A stretch of DNA of 64,000 nt from an uncultured Pseudomonadota bacterium (GCA_963749075.1 CAVVLJ010000020.1:704001-768000); one strand, 5' to 3'. Positions 21,286 through 32,209 are shown, counted from the stretch's first letter. Program-made: numbers and translations. Notes: generated by a model not told the origin, from the letters alone.

Positions 21286-22035
21286 ATGCCGGAAGTCGGT
21301 TCGCTGCGCATCAAGCTCTTCCTCGACGGCGCCGAGCTGCCGGCGATGAAGGAGGCGGTGGCGTCCAATCCTCTGATCACGGGGTTCACCACCAATCCCA
21401 CGCTCATGCGCAAGGCGGGCATCGCGGACTACGCCGCCTTCGCCAACGAGGCGATCGCGGCGGTCGCCGGCCGCTCGATCTCCTTCGAGGTCTTCTCGGA
21501 CGATTTCGAGACCATGGAGCGCGAGGCGCGCGAGATCCGCAGCTGGGGCGGCAACACCTACGTCAAGATACCGGTGACCAACACCAAGGGGGCGAGCAGT
21601 GCGGCCCTCATCCGCAAGCTCTCCCAAGAGGGCATTCCGCTCAACGTGACGGCGATCCTCACGGTGCCGCAGGTGCGCGAGGTGGCGGCCGCCCTCTCGC
21701 CCGCCACGCCGAGCATCGTCTCGGTCTTCGCCGGGCGCATCGCCGACACCGGCCGCGATCCCATGCCGCTCATGCGCGAGTGCGTGGCCATTCTCCGCGA
21801 CCGCCCGAGGGCGGAGCTCTTGTGGGCAAGCCCGCGCGAGCTTCTCAACGTCTTCCAGGCGGAGGAGGTCGGCTGCCACATCATCACCGCGACGAAGGAC
21901 GTGCTGGCGAAATTGTCGCTCGTCGGCAAGGACTTGAACCAGTACTCCCTCGACACCGTGCAGATGTTCTATCGCGATGCCCAGGCCGCGGGCTACCGCC
22001 TGGTGGCGCCGCTCAAGGCAACCACCGCGGCCTAG
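21286..22035 (+). CDS. short-form transaldolase embedded in the glycan locus
   Basis: LFLDGA, GFTTNPTLM, YVKIP with the Schiff-base Lys, SVFAGRIAD. Confidence 0.9.
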   Translation: MPEVGSLRIKLFLDGAELPAMKEAVASNPLITGFTTNPTLMRKAGIADYAAFANEAIAAVAGRSISFEVFSDDFETMEREAREIRSWGGNTYVKIPVTNTKGASSAALIRKLSQEGIPLNVTAILTVPQVREVAAALSPATPSIVSVFAGRIADTGRDPMPLMRECVAILRDRPRAELLWASPRELLNVFQAEEVGCHIITATKDVLAKLSLVGKDLNQYSLDTVQMFYRDAQAAGYRLVAPLKATTAA

Positions 22036-22278
22036 TCCGTGCGTGCAGGGTCCCGCGCTGCGCGGGGCGAGGCCCGCAGGCAGGCCGGCACGGGCGAACG
22101 GGAGGCGCTGGCGCCCGCCGCAAGTCGGGGCTTCCATAGCCCCGCCCTTTAAGGGTATCTATGGCCTTGTTGCGCCGCGGGAATTAGCGGCTCCCGGCAG
22201 CGCGTCCGGAGGCGGGCGGAGCTCGTCCCCCGCGGCGCCGGCTGCCGCACGGCCACGAGATCGTCAGGGGATCGTCCG

Positions 22279-23391
22279 GTGGGGAAAGTCGCTTTAATCA
22301 CAGGTGTCACCGGTCAGGACGGGGCGTATCTGGCAGCGCTCCTCTTGACCAAGGGCTACGTCGTGCACGGCGTCAAGCGCCGCGCCTCGTCGTTCAACAC
22401 CGGCCGGGTCGAGCACCTCTATCAGGACCGCCACGAGAAGGATGTTTCCTTCTTCCTGCATTACGGCGACCTCACCAACTCGACCAACCTCATCCGGCTC
22501 GTGCAGGAGATCCAGCCGACCGAGATCTACAATCTCGCGGCGCAGAGCCACGTCCAGGTCAGCTTCGAGACGCCGGAATATACCGCCAACGCCGACGGCC
22601 TCGGCACGCTGCGCCTCTTAGAGGCGATGCGCATCCTCGGCATGCAGAAGAGCGTGCGCTTCTACCAGGCCTCGACCTCGGAGCTCTACGGCAAGGCCCA
22701 GGAGGTGCCGCAGCGGGAGACCACCCCCTTCTATCCGCGCAGCCCCTATGGTGCGGCCAAGCTCTATGCCTACTGGATCACGGTCAATTACCGCGAGGCC
22801 TACGGCATGCACGCCTCCAACGGCATCCTCTTCAACCACGAGGGGCCGACGCGCGGCGAGACCTTCGTCACGCGCAAGATCACGCGCGCCGTGGCGGCGA
22901 TCGATGCCGGGCTGCAGGCCGTGCTCTATCTCGGCAATCTCGACGCCAAGCGCGACTGGGGCCACGCGCGCGACTATGTCGAGGGCATGTGGCGCATCCT
23001 CCAGCAGCCCGAGCCCGACGATTACGTGCTGGCGACCGGCGAGACCCATTCCGTGCGCGAGTTCGTCGAGCTGGCCTTCGGCCATATCGGACGCAAACTC
23101 GAATGGCGCGGCAAGGGGGTCGATGAGTGCGGCGTCGACGCGCGGACCGGCGACGCGCTCGTGCGCGTCGATCCCGCCTATTTCCGCCCGACCGAGGTCG
23201 ACCTCCTGATCGGCGATCCCTCCAAGGCGCACGCCAAGCTGGGCTGGCGCCACAGCGTGAGCTTTCCCGCACTGGTCCGCGAGATGGTCGAGTCGGACCG
23301 GCGGGTCCTCGCGGCGGACGGCCGCGGCACGGCCGAGGGTGCGGCACTCGCGGCAGCCCACGGCGTCTCCCGCATGCGCGAGGCGCTCTGA
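22279..23391 (+). CDS. gmd: GDP-mannose 4,6-dehydratase
   Basis: [41 protein letters not shown]. Confidence 0.95.
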   Translation: MGKVALITGVTGQDGAYLAALLLTKGYVVHGVKRRASSFNTGRVEHLYQDRHEKDVSFFLHYGDLTNSTNLIRLVQEIQPTEIYNLAAQSHVQVSFETPEYTANADGLGTLRLLEAMRILGMQKSVRFYQASTSELYGKAQEVPQRETTPFYPRSPYGAAKLYAYWITVNYREAYGMHASNGILFNHEGPTRGETFVTRKITRAVAAIDAGLQAVLYLGNLDAKRDWGHARDYVEGMWRILQQPEPDDYVLATGETHSVREFVELAFGHIGRKLEWRGKGVDECGVDARTGDALVRVDPAYFRPTEVDLLIGDPSKAHAKLGWRHSVSFPALVREMVESDRRVLAADGRGTAEGAALAAAHGVSRMREAL

Positions 23392-23393
23392 GC

Positions 23394-24407
23394 ATGGCGG
23401 CCGCCGTGGCGCTCATCTTCGGCATCTCCGGCCAGGACGGCGCCTATCTTGCCCGCCTGCTGCTCGAGCGCGGCTTCGCCGTGCACGGCACCTCGCGCGA
23501 CCGCGAGATGTCGAGCTTCGCCAACCTGGTACGGCTCGGCCTCCTCGAGCGCGTGCACCTCCATTCCGCGGTACCCAGCGATTTCCGCAGCGTGCTGCAG
23601 GTCATCAGCAAGGTGCGGCCCGCCCGCATCTACAACCTTGCGAGCCAATCCTCGGTCGGCCTTTCGTTCGATCAGCCCATGGAGACGCTCGACAGCACGA
23701 TCGGCGGCACGCTCAACATCCTCGAGGCGATGCGCACGCTCGGCCTCGCGGCGCGCTTCTACAACGCCTCCTCGAGCGAGTGCTTCGGCAATACCGAGGG
23801 CGAGCCGGCCTCCGAGGACACCCCGTTCCGCCCGCGCAGCCCCTACGGCGTCGGCAAGGCGGCCGCCTACTGGGCGGTCGCCAACTACCGCGAATCCTAC
23901 GCTCTCTTCGCCTGCTCGGGCATCCTCTTCAATCACGAGTCGCTGCTCAGGCCCACCCGCTACGTGACGCAGAAGATCGTGCGCGGCGCTGCCGACGTGG
24001 CCGAGGGCAACCAAGAGCGCCTGCGCCTGGGCGAGCTCGACATCGCGCGCGATTGGGGCTGGGCGCCGGAGTACGTCGAGGCGATGGCCGCCATGGTCGA
24101 TCTCGACCGCCCCGAGGATTTCGTGATCGCCACCGGCAAGCTCTCCACCCTCGAGGACTTCGTGAGCCGGGCCTTCGGCTATTTCGGCCTCGACTGGCGC
24201 AACTGCGTCGAGATCGACCCCGAGCTCAAGCGCCCGGCCGACATCCGGGTGAGCGTGGGCAATCCGGCCAAGGCCAAGCGGCTCCTCGGCTGGCAGGCCA
24301 GGACCACGATGCCGGCGGTGGTCGATCGCCTGCTCGACGCCGAGATGGAGCGACGGCACAAGGGATATCCAGCACCGGGCGGCCGCCGGGCGGCCGCCGG
24401 CGGGTGA
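23394..24407 (+). CDS. second GDP-mannose 4,6-dehydratase-family protein
   Basis: GISGQDGAYL, QSSVGLSF, ASSSECFG, YGVGK, RDWGWAPEYV. Confidence 0.85.
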   Translation: MAAAVALIFGISGQDGAYLARLLLERGFAVHGTSRDREMSSFANLVRLGLLERVHLHSAVPSDFRSVLQVISKVRPARIYNLASQSSVGLSFDQPMETLDSTIGGTLNILEAMRTLGLAARFYNASSSECFGNTEGEPASEDTPFRPRSPYGVGKAAAYWAVANYRESYALFACSGILFNHESLLRPTRYVTQKIVRGAADVAEGNQERLRLGELDIARDWGWAPEYVEAMAAMVDLDRPEDFVIATGKLSTLEDFVSRAFGYFGLDWRNCVEIDPELKRPADIRVSVGNPAKAKRLLGWQARTTMPAVVDRLLDAEMERRHKGYPAPGGRRAAAGG

Positions 24408-24433
24408 GGCCTGCCGCGATTGCGATCTTCGGC

Positions 24434-25897
24434 ATGACGGTGATGACGACAGCAGAAGTTCGGGCGCCGGCCGAGTCCGCCGGGGAAAGGCTGCCGGGCA
24501 GCGGGAGGGGTGCCGCCGGCCTGCCGCGCATTTCCATCGTGACGCCGTCGCTCAACCAGGGCGCCTTCATCGCGCGCACGATCGAGAGCGTGCTCGCCCA
24601 AGCCTACCCCAACCTCGAGCATATCGTCGTCGACGGGCTCTCCAGCGACGGCACCGCGGAAATCCTCGCCCGCTATCCCCATCTCACCGTCATCCGCGAG
24701 GCCGACCGCGGCCAGGCGGACGCCATCAACAAGGGCTTCGCGCGCGCGAGCGGCGCCATCCTGGCCTTTCTCAACGCCGACGATACGCTCGAGCCCGGCG
24801 CGCTCATGAGCGTGGCAAGCGAGATCGACGCGGCCGCCGGCCGCTACGTGGTGATGGGGCGCTGCCGCTTCATCGACGAGGCCGACCGCTTTCTCGGCAT
24901 CGAGCATCCTTCGGCCTTCATCGACCACCGCCAGGTGCTGGCCATCTGGCTCGGCCACTGGCTGCCGCAGCCGGCGATCTTCTGGACGCGCACCGCATGG
25001 GAGGCGAGCGGCCCGCTCGATGCCGACGAGCGGCTGGTGCTCGACTACGACCTCTTCTGCCGCATGAGCCGGCATTTCGCCTTCCATCCCGTCGACCGGG
25101 TCTATGCCAACTACCGCCTCCACGCGGGCTCGAAGACCGCGGCCGCCGACGACCGCACGCGGCTCGAGCGTTCGATCGCGGTGAGCCGGCGCTATTGGGG
25201 CCCGTGGTGGCAGCCCTTGCGCTGGCGGCTCGCCCTCTCGCTGCTCTGCTACCGCATCGACCGGGTGGGACGCGGCCGCGCCCTCTTGCGCCGGGCCGAG
25301 GCCGCGCGCAAGGCGGGTGCCTGGGGCGGGGCGGCGCTGGCAGGCATCGCGGGGAGCGCTCTGGCGCCCGGCGTCGCCTTCTACCTGGCGTTCTATGCGC
25401 CGCTCCGCGGGCGCGCCGCGGCACTCGTCAAGACGCTCATCGCCCGCCGCCTTGCCCGCGCCGCGGCGGCGGCCGGCGTCGCCGCGGACGGTGCCGCCGC
25501 CGCTCCCCCGCCGTCGCCGCAGACCCTCGCCTACATGGCCAATACGCGCCTCTGGGACGACGGCTGGGCCGGTCCCCGCCTCGTGCTGGTGGCGGAGCCG
25601 GCCGCGGGCGCCGTGGCGCTGCGCCTCGCGGGAGAGGCCGATCTGGCATGGTTCCCCGGGCCTCTCAAGCTCACCGTGCGCATCCAAGGCGGTGCCGCGC
25701 GCGAGCTTTCGCTCGCCGCGGGCGGGCCTTTCTCGCTCGACATCCCGCTGCCGGCCAAGGCCGCGGCGCCGCTCGTCGTCGAGATCGTGGCCGACCGCTG
25801 GTACGTGCCGCATCTCTTCCGCCGCAACCGCGATTTCCGTCCGCTCGCCTGGCGCTTCGTCAGCTTGACGCCGCTCCCGGCGCCGGCCGGCGCCTGA
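24434..25897 (+). CDS. GT2 glycosyltransferase with an extra C-terminal beta-rich domain
   Basis: ISIVTPSLNQ, VDGLSSDGT, GQADAINKG, LNADD. Confidence 0.88.
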   Translation: MTVMTTAEVRAPAESAGERLPGSGRGAAGLPRISIVTPSLNQGAFIARTIESVLAQAYPNLEHIVVDGLSSDGTAEILARYPHLTVIREADRGQADAINKGFARASGAILAFLNADDTLEPGALMSVASEIDAAAGRYVVMGRCRFIDEADRFLGIEHPSAFIDHRQVLAIWLGHWLPQPAIFWTRTAWEASGPLDADERLVLDYDLFCRMSRHFAFHPVDRVYANYRLHAGSKTAAADDRTRLERSIAVSRRYWGPWWQPLRWRLALSLLCYRIDRVGRGRALLRRAEAARKAGAWGGAALAGIAGSALAPGVAFYLAFYAPLRGRAAALVKTLIARRLARAAAAAGVAADGAAAAPPPSPQTLAYMANTRLWDDGWAGPRLVLVAEPAAGAVALRLAGEADLAWFPGPLKLTVRIQGGAARELSLAAGGPFSLDIPLPAKAAAPLVVEIVADRWYVPHLFRRNRDFRPLAWRFVSLTPLPAPAGA

Positions 25898-25919
25898 CGG
25901 ACCGCGCGGCACCCCGCCC

Positions 25920-26831
25920 ATGGCAGCGCTCCCCCGCATCTCCATCGTGACGCCGGTGCTCGACCGCGCCGCCATGATCGGCGAGGCGCTGGCCTCGGTG
26001 CGGGCGCAGGCCTATCCCGACGTCGAGCACATCGTCGTCGACGGCGGCTCGACCGACGGCACGGTCGAGCTCTTGCGGCATGCGCCGGGCGTGCGCTGGG
26101 TCAGCGAGCAGGACCACGGGCTCTACGACGCCATCAACAAGGGCCTGCGGCTCGCGACCGGTGAGATCATCGGCCATCTCAACAGCGACGACCTCTATCT
26201 GCCCGGCGCCTTCGCCGCGGCGGCCGAGGCGCTCGCGGCACGCCCCGAGGCCGATGCCGTCTGCGGCGGCGCCGTCATCGTGCGGCCGGCCGGGGGGCAA
26301 GGCTGGGAGGTGGCGCGCACGGTCGCGGAGGCGCGCATCAAGCGCCTCGACTGGCGGGCGCTCACGCGCGGCGTGCCGATCACCAATGCCCGCTTCTTCC
26401 GCCGCGCCTGGTACGCGCGCGCCGGCGAGTATGACCCGCGGTTCCGCCTCGCCGCCGACCGCGAGTTCCTCATCCGTTCGCTCGTCCTCGGCATGAAGAC
26501 CGTGCCCATCGAGCCCATCGTCTACCAGTACCGCCTGCACGACCGCTCGCTCACCATCAACAACGAGGGCGGCGGCAACCGGGCACTGCTCGACGAGTAT
26601 CTGGCGCTTGCGCGCCGGCTCATGGTGGCCGCCGGCATGCCGGCCGGGCTCAGGCGCGCCGCCTGCGTGTGGTACGGCACCGAGATGGCGCGGCTGGCGC
26701 TGCAGCAGGCAAAGGCGCGGGATTGGCGCGCCGCCGCCGGGACGGCTCTCCTGGCCGCGGCCCGCATCTCGGCCTGGCCGCTGCAAAGCGCCGCCCGCCA
26801 CGTCCGCCGGCCGCGCGTGGAGCGGCAATGA
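25920..26831 (+). CDS. GT2 glycosyltransferase
   Basis: ISIVTP, VDGGSTDGT, GLYDAINKG, LNSDD. Confidence 0.9.
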   Translation: MAALPRISIVTPVLDRAAMIGEALASVRAQAYPDVEHIVVDGGSTDGTVELLRHAPGVRWVSEQDHGLYDAINKGLRLATGEIIGHLNSDDLYLPGAFAAAAEALAARPEADAVCGGAVIVRPAGGQGWEVARTVAEARIKRLDWRALTRGVPITNARFFRRAWYARAGEYDPRFRLAADREFLIRSLVLGMKTVPIEPIVYQYRLHDRSLTINNEGGGNRALLDEYLALARRLMVAAGMPAGLRRAACVWYGTEMARLALQQAKARDWRAAAGTALLAAARISAWPLQSAARHVRRPRVERQ

Positions 26832-29398
26832 GTGCCAAGCACGAGCCGGCTCGGCGCCCCGCTGTCCTGGTCATCAATCCGGACCTGCCGAAATACGGCG
26901 CCCGCTTCCATGAGTACATCAACACGACGGGCCTGGCGCAGAGCTTCGCTGTCGGCCTCGTCACACGGCTCGACGCGCCCGCCGACTGGATCGACGTCCG
27001 CCGGCTCGAGCAGCGCGGCGTGATGGTCTATGCCGCGGAGCCGGTGAGCCCTGCCGGCCTGTCCGCACCTGGCGGTGGGACGGCTATGGCAGCGGCGGGC
27101 GAGGCTGCCGCGTGGCGCCCGCGGCTGCGCGCCTTTCTGCGCCGCATCCATAGCATCGCGTCGCCCCTTCTACAGTATCCGGCGGAGGTCTACGAAGCCA
27201 GGCGGACGCTGGCCAACATGGCGGCCGCCTTGCGCCGCGCGCTCGCAGAGCGTCATTGGGATGTGTTTGTCATTGTTCAGTCCCGCTTCGCCGAGTGGCG
27301 CCTGTGGCTGCCGGCGCATGTGCCAGCGCTGCTCGTGTTGCACGACGTGCAGACCATGGCATGGCGTCGGCGCGCCGAGGTTGCCGTGGGGCCTTTGGCC
27401 AAATTCTCAGCGCTGGTCGCGGCGGCCAAATGCCGGGCGTACGAGCGGCGGGTCTTTCGACGCTTCGCCGGGGTCATCTGCCTGACCGAGGTGGACGCAT
27501 CCCTCTTGCGCCGCTGGTTCGGCGTCGAGCCTCACGCCGTCGTGCCGCTGCCGGTCGACACGGACTATTACCGGCCGCTGCCGCCGGCCGAGCCGGCGTC
27601 TCCGGTCATGCTCTTTCCCGGCACCATGGACCACCTCCCCAACATCGACGCGGCGCTGTGGTTCGCCAAGGCGATCCTGCCCCGTGTGCGCGCGGCGCAT
27701 CCGGGTGCCAGCTTCGTGATCGCCGGCATGCGGCCGCCGCGCGCGGTGCGCGCCCTCGACGGCCACGACGGAGTGCGCGTGACGGGCGAGGTGCCGGACA
27801 TGCGCCCGCTCTTCCAGGCGGCGAGCGTGGTGGTGGTGCCGCTTCGCTTCGCGAGCGGTGCCCGTAACAAGATCCTCGAGGCCTGGGCCTGCGGCCGGGC
27901 CGTGGTGTCGACCTCCGTCGGCGCCGAAGGCCTCGCCGCCGAGGACGGCGGCAATCTCTATCTCGCCGACGATGCCGCCGGCTTCGCCGCCGCGGTCGGC
28001 CGGGTCCTCGCCGGCGCTGGGCAGGAGGCGGCGGTCGTGGCGGGTGGCCTTGCGAGCGTGCGCGCGCACGCCGCCGCTCGGGTGACCGAGCGCTACCGCC
28101 GCGCCGTGGCTGCCGCGGCGGTCAAGGCGCCGGCTGCGCCGCGCGGCGCCATGCACCTCTCTATCGACATGCGCTGGATGGTTCCAGGCAGTGCCGGCGG
28201 GCTCGAGCAGCTCGCGCGGGCGCTCACCGGCGCCCTCCTTTCGCTCGATCGCGTCAATCGCTACACGCTCATCCTGCCGGCGCAGTGCGCCGCCGATTTC
28301 GATCTGCGCGGACGCGGCAATTTCCGCATCCTATGCCGCGACTCAGGCGCGGCGGACTTGCGGCGCGCGGGACGCGCCATCGGCCGGCGGCTGGGTGCGG
28401 CGCTCGGCGGCAGCTCGGCGCGCTGGCCGGAGCGCTGGGCACTCGGCGATCTGGCGCGGCTCGATGCCGACATCGCCTTGTCCTTCACAGGCTTCATCCA
28501 TCCCGAGCTCTGGGCGCTGCGCCACCTCGTGATCGTGCCCGACATCCAGCACGAGTTCTTCCCGGAGTTCTTTTCGGCGGAAGCGCTCGCCGAGCGGCGG
28601 CGGCTCTTCGACCAGTCGCTGGCGCGCGCCGAACGCATTTGCGCGATTTCCGAGTTCACGCGCGAGACGCTGACCTCGCGTCTCGGCCTGCCGGCGGAGC
28701 GCATCTCGGTCGCCCACCTGGCCGCGGCTCCCGCGTACGCACCGGCGGAGCCCGGCTCGGAGGCCGCCGCCGCGGCCTTCCTCGCCCGCCGCTACGGGCT
28801 CGAGGCGGGGAAGTATTTCTTCTTTCCCGCTCGCACTTGGCATCACAAGAACCACGCGACGGCGATCCGTGCGTTAGCTCTTCTCAAGGAGCGGCACGGC
28901 GGCACCATGGCGCTCGCCTGCGCCGGCGGGGCGCGCGAGGCGCAGCCGGAGCTCGAGCGCCTCGTGGCCGAGCTCGGGCTCTCGCAGGCGGTGCGCTTTC
29001 TCGGCTACGTGGACGAGGCGGACATGGTGCGGCTCTATCGCGGTGCCGCGGCACTCGTCTTCCCCTCGCGCTTCGAGGGCTTCGGCATGCCGGTGCTCGA
29101 GGCGATGGCGTGCGGCACGCCGGTCATCGCGGCGGACGCGGCAAGCCTGCCGGAGATCGCCGGCGGCGCCGCGCTCATTTTGCCGCCGCTCGACGCCGCG
29201 CGCTGGGCCAACGCCATGCATCGCGTGGCGGTCGATGCGGACCTGCGTGCGAGCCTCGCGGCGCGCGGCCTCGAGCGCGCGAGCCATTTCTCGTGGCGGC
29301 ACTTCGCCTTCGACATGCTGGCGGCTCTCGCCGCCCTCTCGGACGGCGCCGTGGCCGCGGCACCCTCCTGGAGCGAGAGCAAGGTGGAGAGCCGGTAA
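26828..29398 (+). CDS. two-domain GT4 glycosyltransferase
   Basis: First GT-B domain GARNKILEAWACG; second FPSRFEGFGMPVLEAMACG. ATG overlaps the upstream TGA. Confidence 0.88.
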   Translation: MSAKHEPARRPAVLVINPDLPKYGARFHEYINTTGLAQSFAVGLVTRLDAPADWIDVRRLEQRGVMVYAAEPVSPAGLSAPGGGTAMAAAGEAAAWRPRLRAFLRRIHSIASPLLQYPAEVYEARRTLANMAAALRRALAERHWDVFVIVQSRFAEWRLWLPAHVPALLVLHDVQTMAWRRRAEVAVGPLAKFSALVAAAKCRAYERRVFRRFAGVICLTEVDASLLRRWFGVEPHAVVPLPVDTDYYRPLPPAEPASPVMLFPGTMDHLPNIDAALWFAKAILPRVRAAHPGASFVIAGMRPPRAVRALDGHDGVRVTGEVPDMRPLFQAASVVVVPLRFASGARNKILEAWACGRAVVSTSVGAEGLAAEDGGNLYLADDAAGFAAAVGRVLAGAGQEAAVVAGGLASVRAHAAARVTERYRRAVAAAAVKAPAAPRGAMHLSIDMRWMVPGSAGGLEQLARALTGALLSLDRVNRYTLILPAQCAADFDLRGRGNFRILCRDSGAADLRRAGRAIGRRLGAALGGSSARWPERWALGDLARLDADIALSFTGFIHPELWALRHLVIVPDIQHEFFPEFFSAEALAERRRLFDQSLARAERICAISEFTRETLTSRLGLPAERISVAHLAAAPAYAPAEPGSEAAAAAFLARRYGLEAGKYFFFPARTWHHKNHATAIRALALLKERHGGTMALACAGGAREAQPELERLVAELGLSQAVRFLGYVDEADMVRLYRGAAALVFPSRFEGFGMPVLEAMACGTPVIAADAASLPEIAGGAALILPPLDAARWANAMHRVAVDADLRASLAARGLERASHFSWRHFAFDMLAALAALSDGAVAAAPSWSESKVESR

Positions 29399-30408
29399 TG
29401 GCGGCGCAGGAGAGGAGTGCGGGCTTGCGCGTCGGCATCATCGGCTGCGGTCTCATCGGCGCCAAGCGCGCCAAGGCGGCGGTGGCGCGCGGCCTCGCCG
29501 TCGCTGCCGCCGCCGACCTCGATTCCGCGCGTGCGGAGGCCCTCGTGACGGCGACGGGCGGCGGCGGCCGGGCCACGACGGACTGGCGGAGCGTGATCGA
29601 GATGCAGCCCGACATCGTGGTGGTGGCGACGACCCACGACCGCCTTGCGGAGATCTCGCGTGCGGCCGCGGACGCCGGCTGCCACGTGCTGGTGGAGAAG
29701 CCGGCGGCGCGCAACTCGGCAGAGCTGGCGCCCGTCATCGCGGCTGCGGCGCGGAAGCGGGTCGCCGTCAAGGTCGGCTTCAACCACCGCTTCCACCCCG
29801 CCTTCCAGAAGGCGCGGGAGATCGTCGACGGCGGAGCGCTCGGCCCGCTCTTCTTCGTCCGCGCGCGCTACGGCCACGGCGGCCGCGTCGGCTACGAGAA
29901 GGAATGGCGCGCCAGGCCCGAGGTCTCGGGCGGCGGCGAGCTCATCGACCAGGGCTCGCACCTCATCGATCTCGCGCGCTGGTTCCTCGGCGACTTCGCG
30001 CACGTGGAGGGCATGCTCGCCACCTATTTCTGGGACATCCCGGCCGAGGACAACTGCTTCGTGGCGCTGCGCACGGCAAAGGGGCAGGTGGCCTGGCTGC
30101 ACGCGAGCTGGACGGAATGGAAGAACCTCTTCTCCTTCGAGATCTACGGCCGCCTCGGCAAGCTGCATATCGAGGGCCTGGGCGGCAGCTACGGCGTCGA
30201 GCGCCTCACCTTCTACCGCATGCTGCCCGAGATGGGGCCGCCCGAGACCACGAGCTGGGACTACCCGGGCCCCGACGGCTCGTGGGAAGCCGAGCTCGCC
30301 GAGCTCTTGGCGGCCATCGCCCAAGGCCGCGAGCCGGTCGGCAATCTCGACGACGCCAAGGCCAATCTCGAGATCGTGGGCAGGCTCTATGAGGGGAGAC
30401 GGCGATGA
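29398..30408 (+). CDS. Gfo/Idh/MocA family oxidoreductase
   Basis: GIIGCGLIG, HVLVEKP, GFNHRF, GGELIDQGSHLID. Confidence 0.9.
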   Translation: MAAQERSAGLRVGIIGCGLIGAKRAKAAVARGLAVAAAADLDSARAEALVTATGGGGRATTDWRSVIEMQPDIVVVATTHDRLAEISRAAADAGCHVLVEKPAARNSAELAPVIAAAARKRVAVKVGFNHRFHPAFQKAREIVDGGALGPLFFVRARYGHGGRVGYEKEWRARPEVSGGGELIDQGSHLIDLARWFLGDFAHVEGMLATYFWDIPAEDNCFVALRTAKGQVAWLHASWTEWKNLFSFEIYGRLGKLHIEGLGGSYGVERLTFYRMLPEMGPPETTSWDYPGPDGSWEAELAELLAAIAQGREPVGNLDDAKANLEIVGRLYEGRRR

Positions 30409-31391
30409 TCATCACGCGAAGCCCGCTGCGCGTGACGCTCGGCGGCGGCGGCACGGATCTGCCGTCCTATTACCGCGAGCACGGCGGCTTCCTCATCGCG
30501 GCGGCGATCGACAAATACGTCTACATCACGCTGCACGAGACTTTCGAGGCGGAATACCTCATCAAATACTCCAAGCTCGAGCGCGTGGCCGACGTGAACC
30601 TCATCGAGCATCCCATCATCCGCGAGGCGATCAAGCTCGTGCATGGCAATGGCGGAGAGGCGCATCTCGAGCTCACCAGCATGGCCGACATCCCGGCGGG
30701 CACCGGCCTCGGCTCGTCCGGCAGCTTCACGACGGCGCTCTTGAAGGCGCTCCACGCCTACCGCCGCAACCTGCTGCCGCCCCAGGAGCTCGCCGAGCAG
30801 GCCTGCCATATCGAGATCGACATCCTGGGCGAGCCGGTCGGCAAGCAGGACCAGTACATCGCCGCCTATGGCGGCATCACCTGCTTCCGCTTCAACCCCG
30901 ACGGCCGCGTCGAGGCGGAGCCGCTGCGCCTTCCCGACGAGACGCGCTACAATCTCGAGGACAACCTGCTGCTCTTCTTCACCGGCTATTCGCGCAGCGC
31001 CGGCTCGATCCTCGAGGACCAGGACAGCCGCACCAAGCGCTCGGATGCGGCGATGGTCGAGAACCTGCACTACGTCAAGGAGCTTGGCCGGCGGAGTGCT
31101 GCCCTCTTGGCGAGGGGCGATCTCGCCGCCTTCGGGCGCCTCATGCACGAGCATTGGGAGCACAAGAAGCGCCGCTCGGGCGGCATGTCCAACCCCGAGA
31201 TCGACCGCTTCTACGAGCTTGCCATGGCGAACGGCGCGGTCGGCGGCAAGCTGATCGGCGCCGGCGGCGGCGGCTTCCTCATGTTCTATACGGAGGAGAA
31301 GGCGCGCGTGCGCCGCGCCATGCTGCAGGCGGGATTGCGCGAGGTGCGCTTCCGCTTCGATTTCGAGGGCACCAAGATCATCGCGCAGTAG
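30405..31391 (+). CDS. GHMP sugar-phosphate kinase (HddA-like)
   Basis: PLRVTLGGGGTD, PAGTGLGSSG, GKQDQY, GKLIGAGGGG. Confidence 0.9.
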   Translation: MIITRSPLRVTLGGGGTDLPSYYREHGGFLIAAAIDKYVYITLHETFEAEYLIKYSKLERVADVNLIEHPIIREAIKLVHGNGGEAHLELTSMADIPAGTGLGSSGSFTTALLKALHAYRRNLLPPQELAEQACHIEIDILGEPVGKQDQYIAAYGGITCFRFNPDGRVEAEPLRLPDETRYNLEDNLLLFFTGYSRSAGSILEDQDSRTKRSDAAMVENLHYVKELGRRSAALLARGDLAAFGRLMHEHWEHKKRRSGGMSNPEIDRFYELAMANGAVGGKLIGAGGGGFLMFYTEEKARVRRAMLQAGLREVRFRFDFEGTKIIAQ

Positions 31392-31420
31392 CCGGGGGCG
31401 GCCCCTCGCGAGGCAAGCGG

Positions 31421-32164
31421 ATGAGCTCGACCGACCGACTCCCCACCATCGCCGTCCTCGCGGGCGGCCTCGCCAAGCGCTTACGCCCGCTGAGCGAGAG
31501 CCTGCCCAAGGCGATGATCGAGGTGGCGGGCGAGCCTTTCATCGCCCACCAGCTGCGTCTCCTCCGCCGCGAGGGTGCTGCCGAGGTGGTGCTCTGCTTG
31601 GGCCATCTCGGCGAGCAGGTCGAGGCCTTCGTCGGCGACGGCAGCCGCTTCGGGCTCGAGGTGCGCTGCGCCTACGACGGCGAGCGCCTCCTCGGCACCG
31701 GCGGCGCGCTCCGCAAGGCCCTGCCGCTCCTCGGCCCGCACTTCATGATCCTCTACGGCGACAGCTACCTCGACCTCGCCTATGCACCGGTCGAGGAGGC
31801 CTTCGTTGCGAGCGGCCTCGACGGCCTCATGACGGTCTACCGCAACGAGGGCCGCTGGGACGCGAGCAACGTGGTGTTCGGGGAGGGACGCATCCTCTTC
31901 TACAGCAAAGAGGCGAAGCGTCCCGACATGCATCACATCGACTACGGCCTGGGTCTGCTCAAGGCCGAGGTGCTGCAGCGCTACGCGGAGGGCCAGAACT
32001 TCGACCTGGCGGAGGTCTACGCCGCCCTCGTCGAGGCCGGGCGGCTCGCCGGCTTCGAGGTCCGGCAGCGCTTCTACGAGATCGGCTCGCCCGCGGGGCT
32101 GGCCGAGACGGACGCCTACCTGCGGGGCCGGGTCGCTGCGGCTACTAAGAGGAGCCCGGCGTAG
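31421..32164 (+). CDS. sugar-1-phosphate nucleotidyltransferase (HddC-like)
   Basis: LAGGLAKRLRP...PKAM, LGTGGAL, YGDSY. Confidence 0.88.
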   Translation: MSSTDRLPTIAVLAGGLAKRLRPLSESLPKAMIEVAGEPFIAHQLRLLRREGAAEVVLCLGHLGEQVEAFVGDGSRFGLEVRCAYDGERLLGTGGALRKALPLLGPHFMILYGDSYLDLAYAPVEEAFVASGLDGLMTVYRNEGRWDASNVVFGEGRILFYSKEAKRPDMHHIDYGLGLLKAEVLQRYAEGQNFDLAEVYAALVEAGRLAGFEVRQRFYEIGSPAGLAETDAYLRGRVAAATKRSPA

Positions 32165-32209
32165 AGCGGCTTTTCGTCCGCGCCGTCAATGGGGCTTCGC
32201 CGCCGTCCG

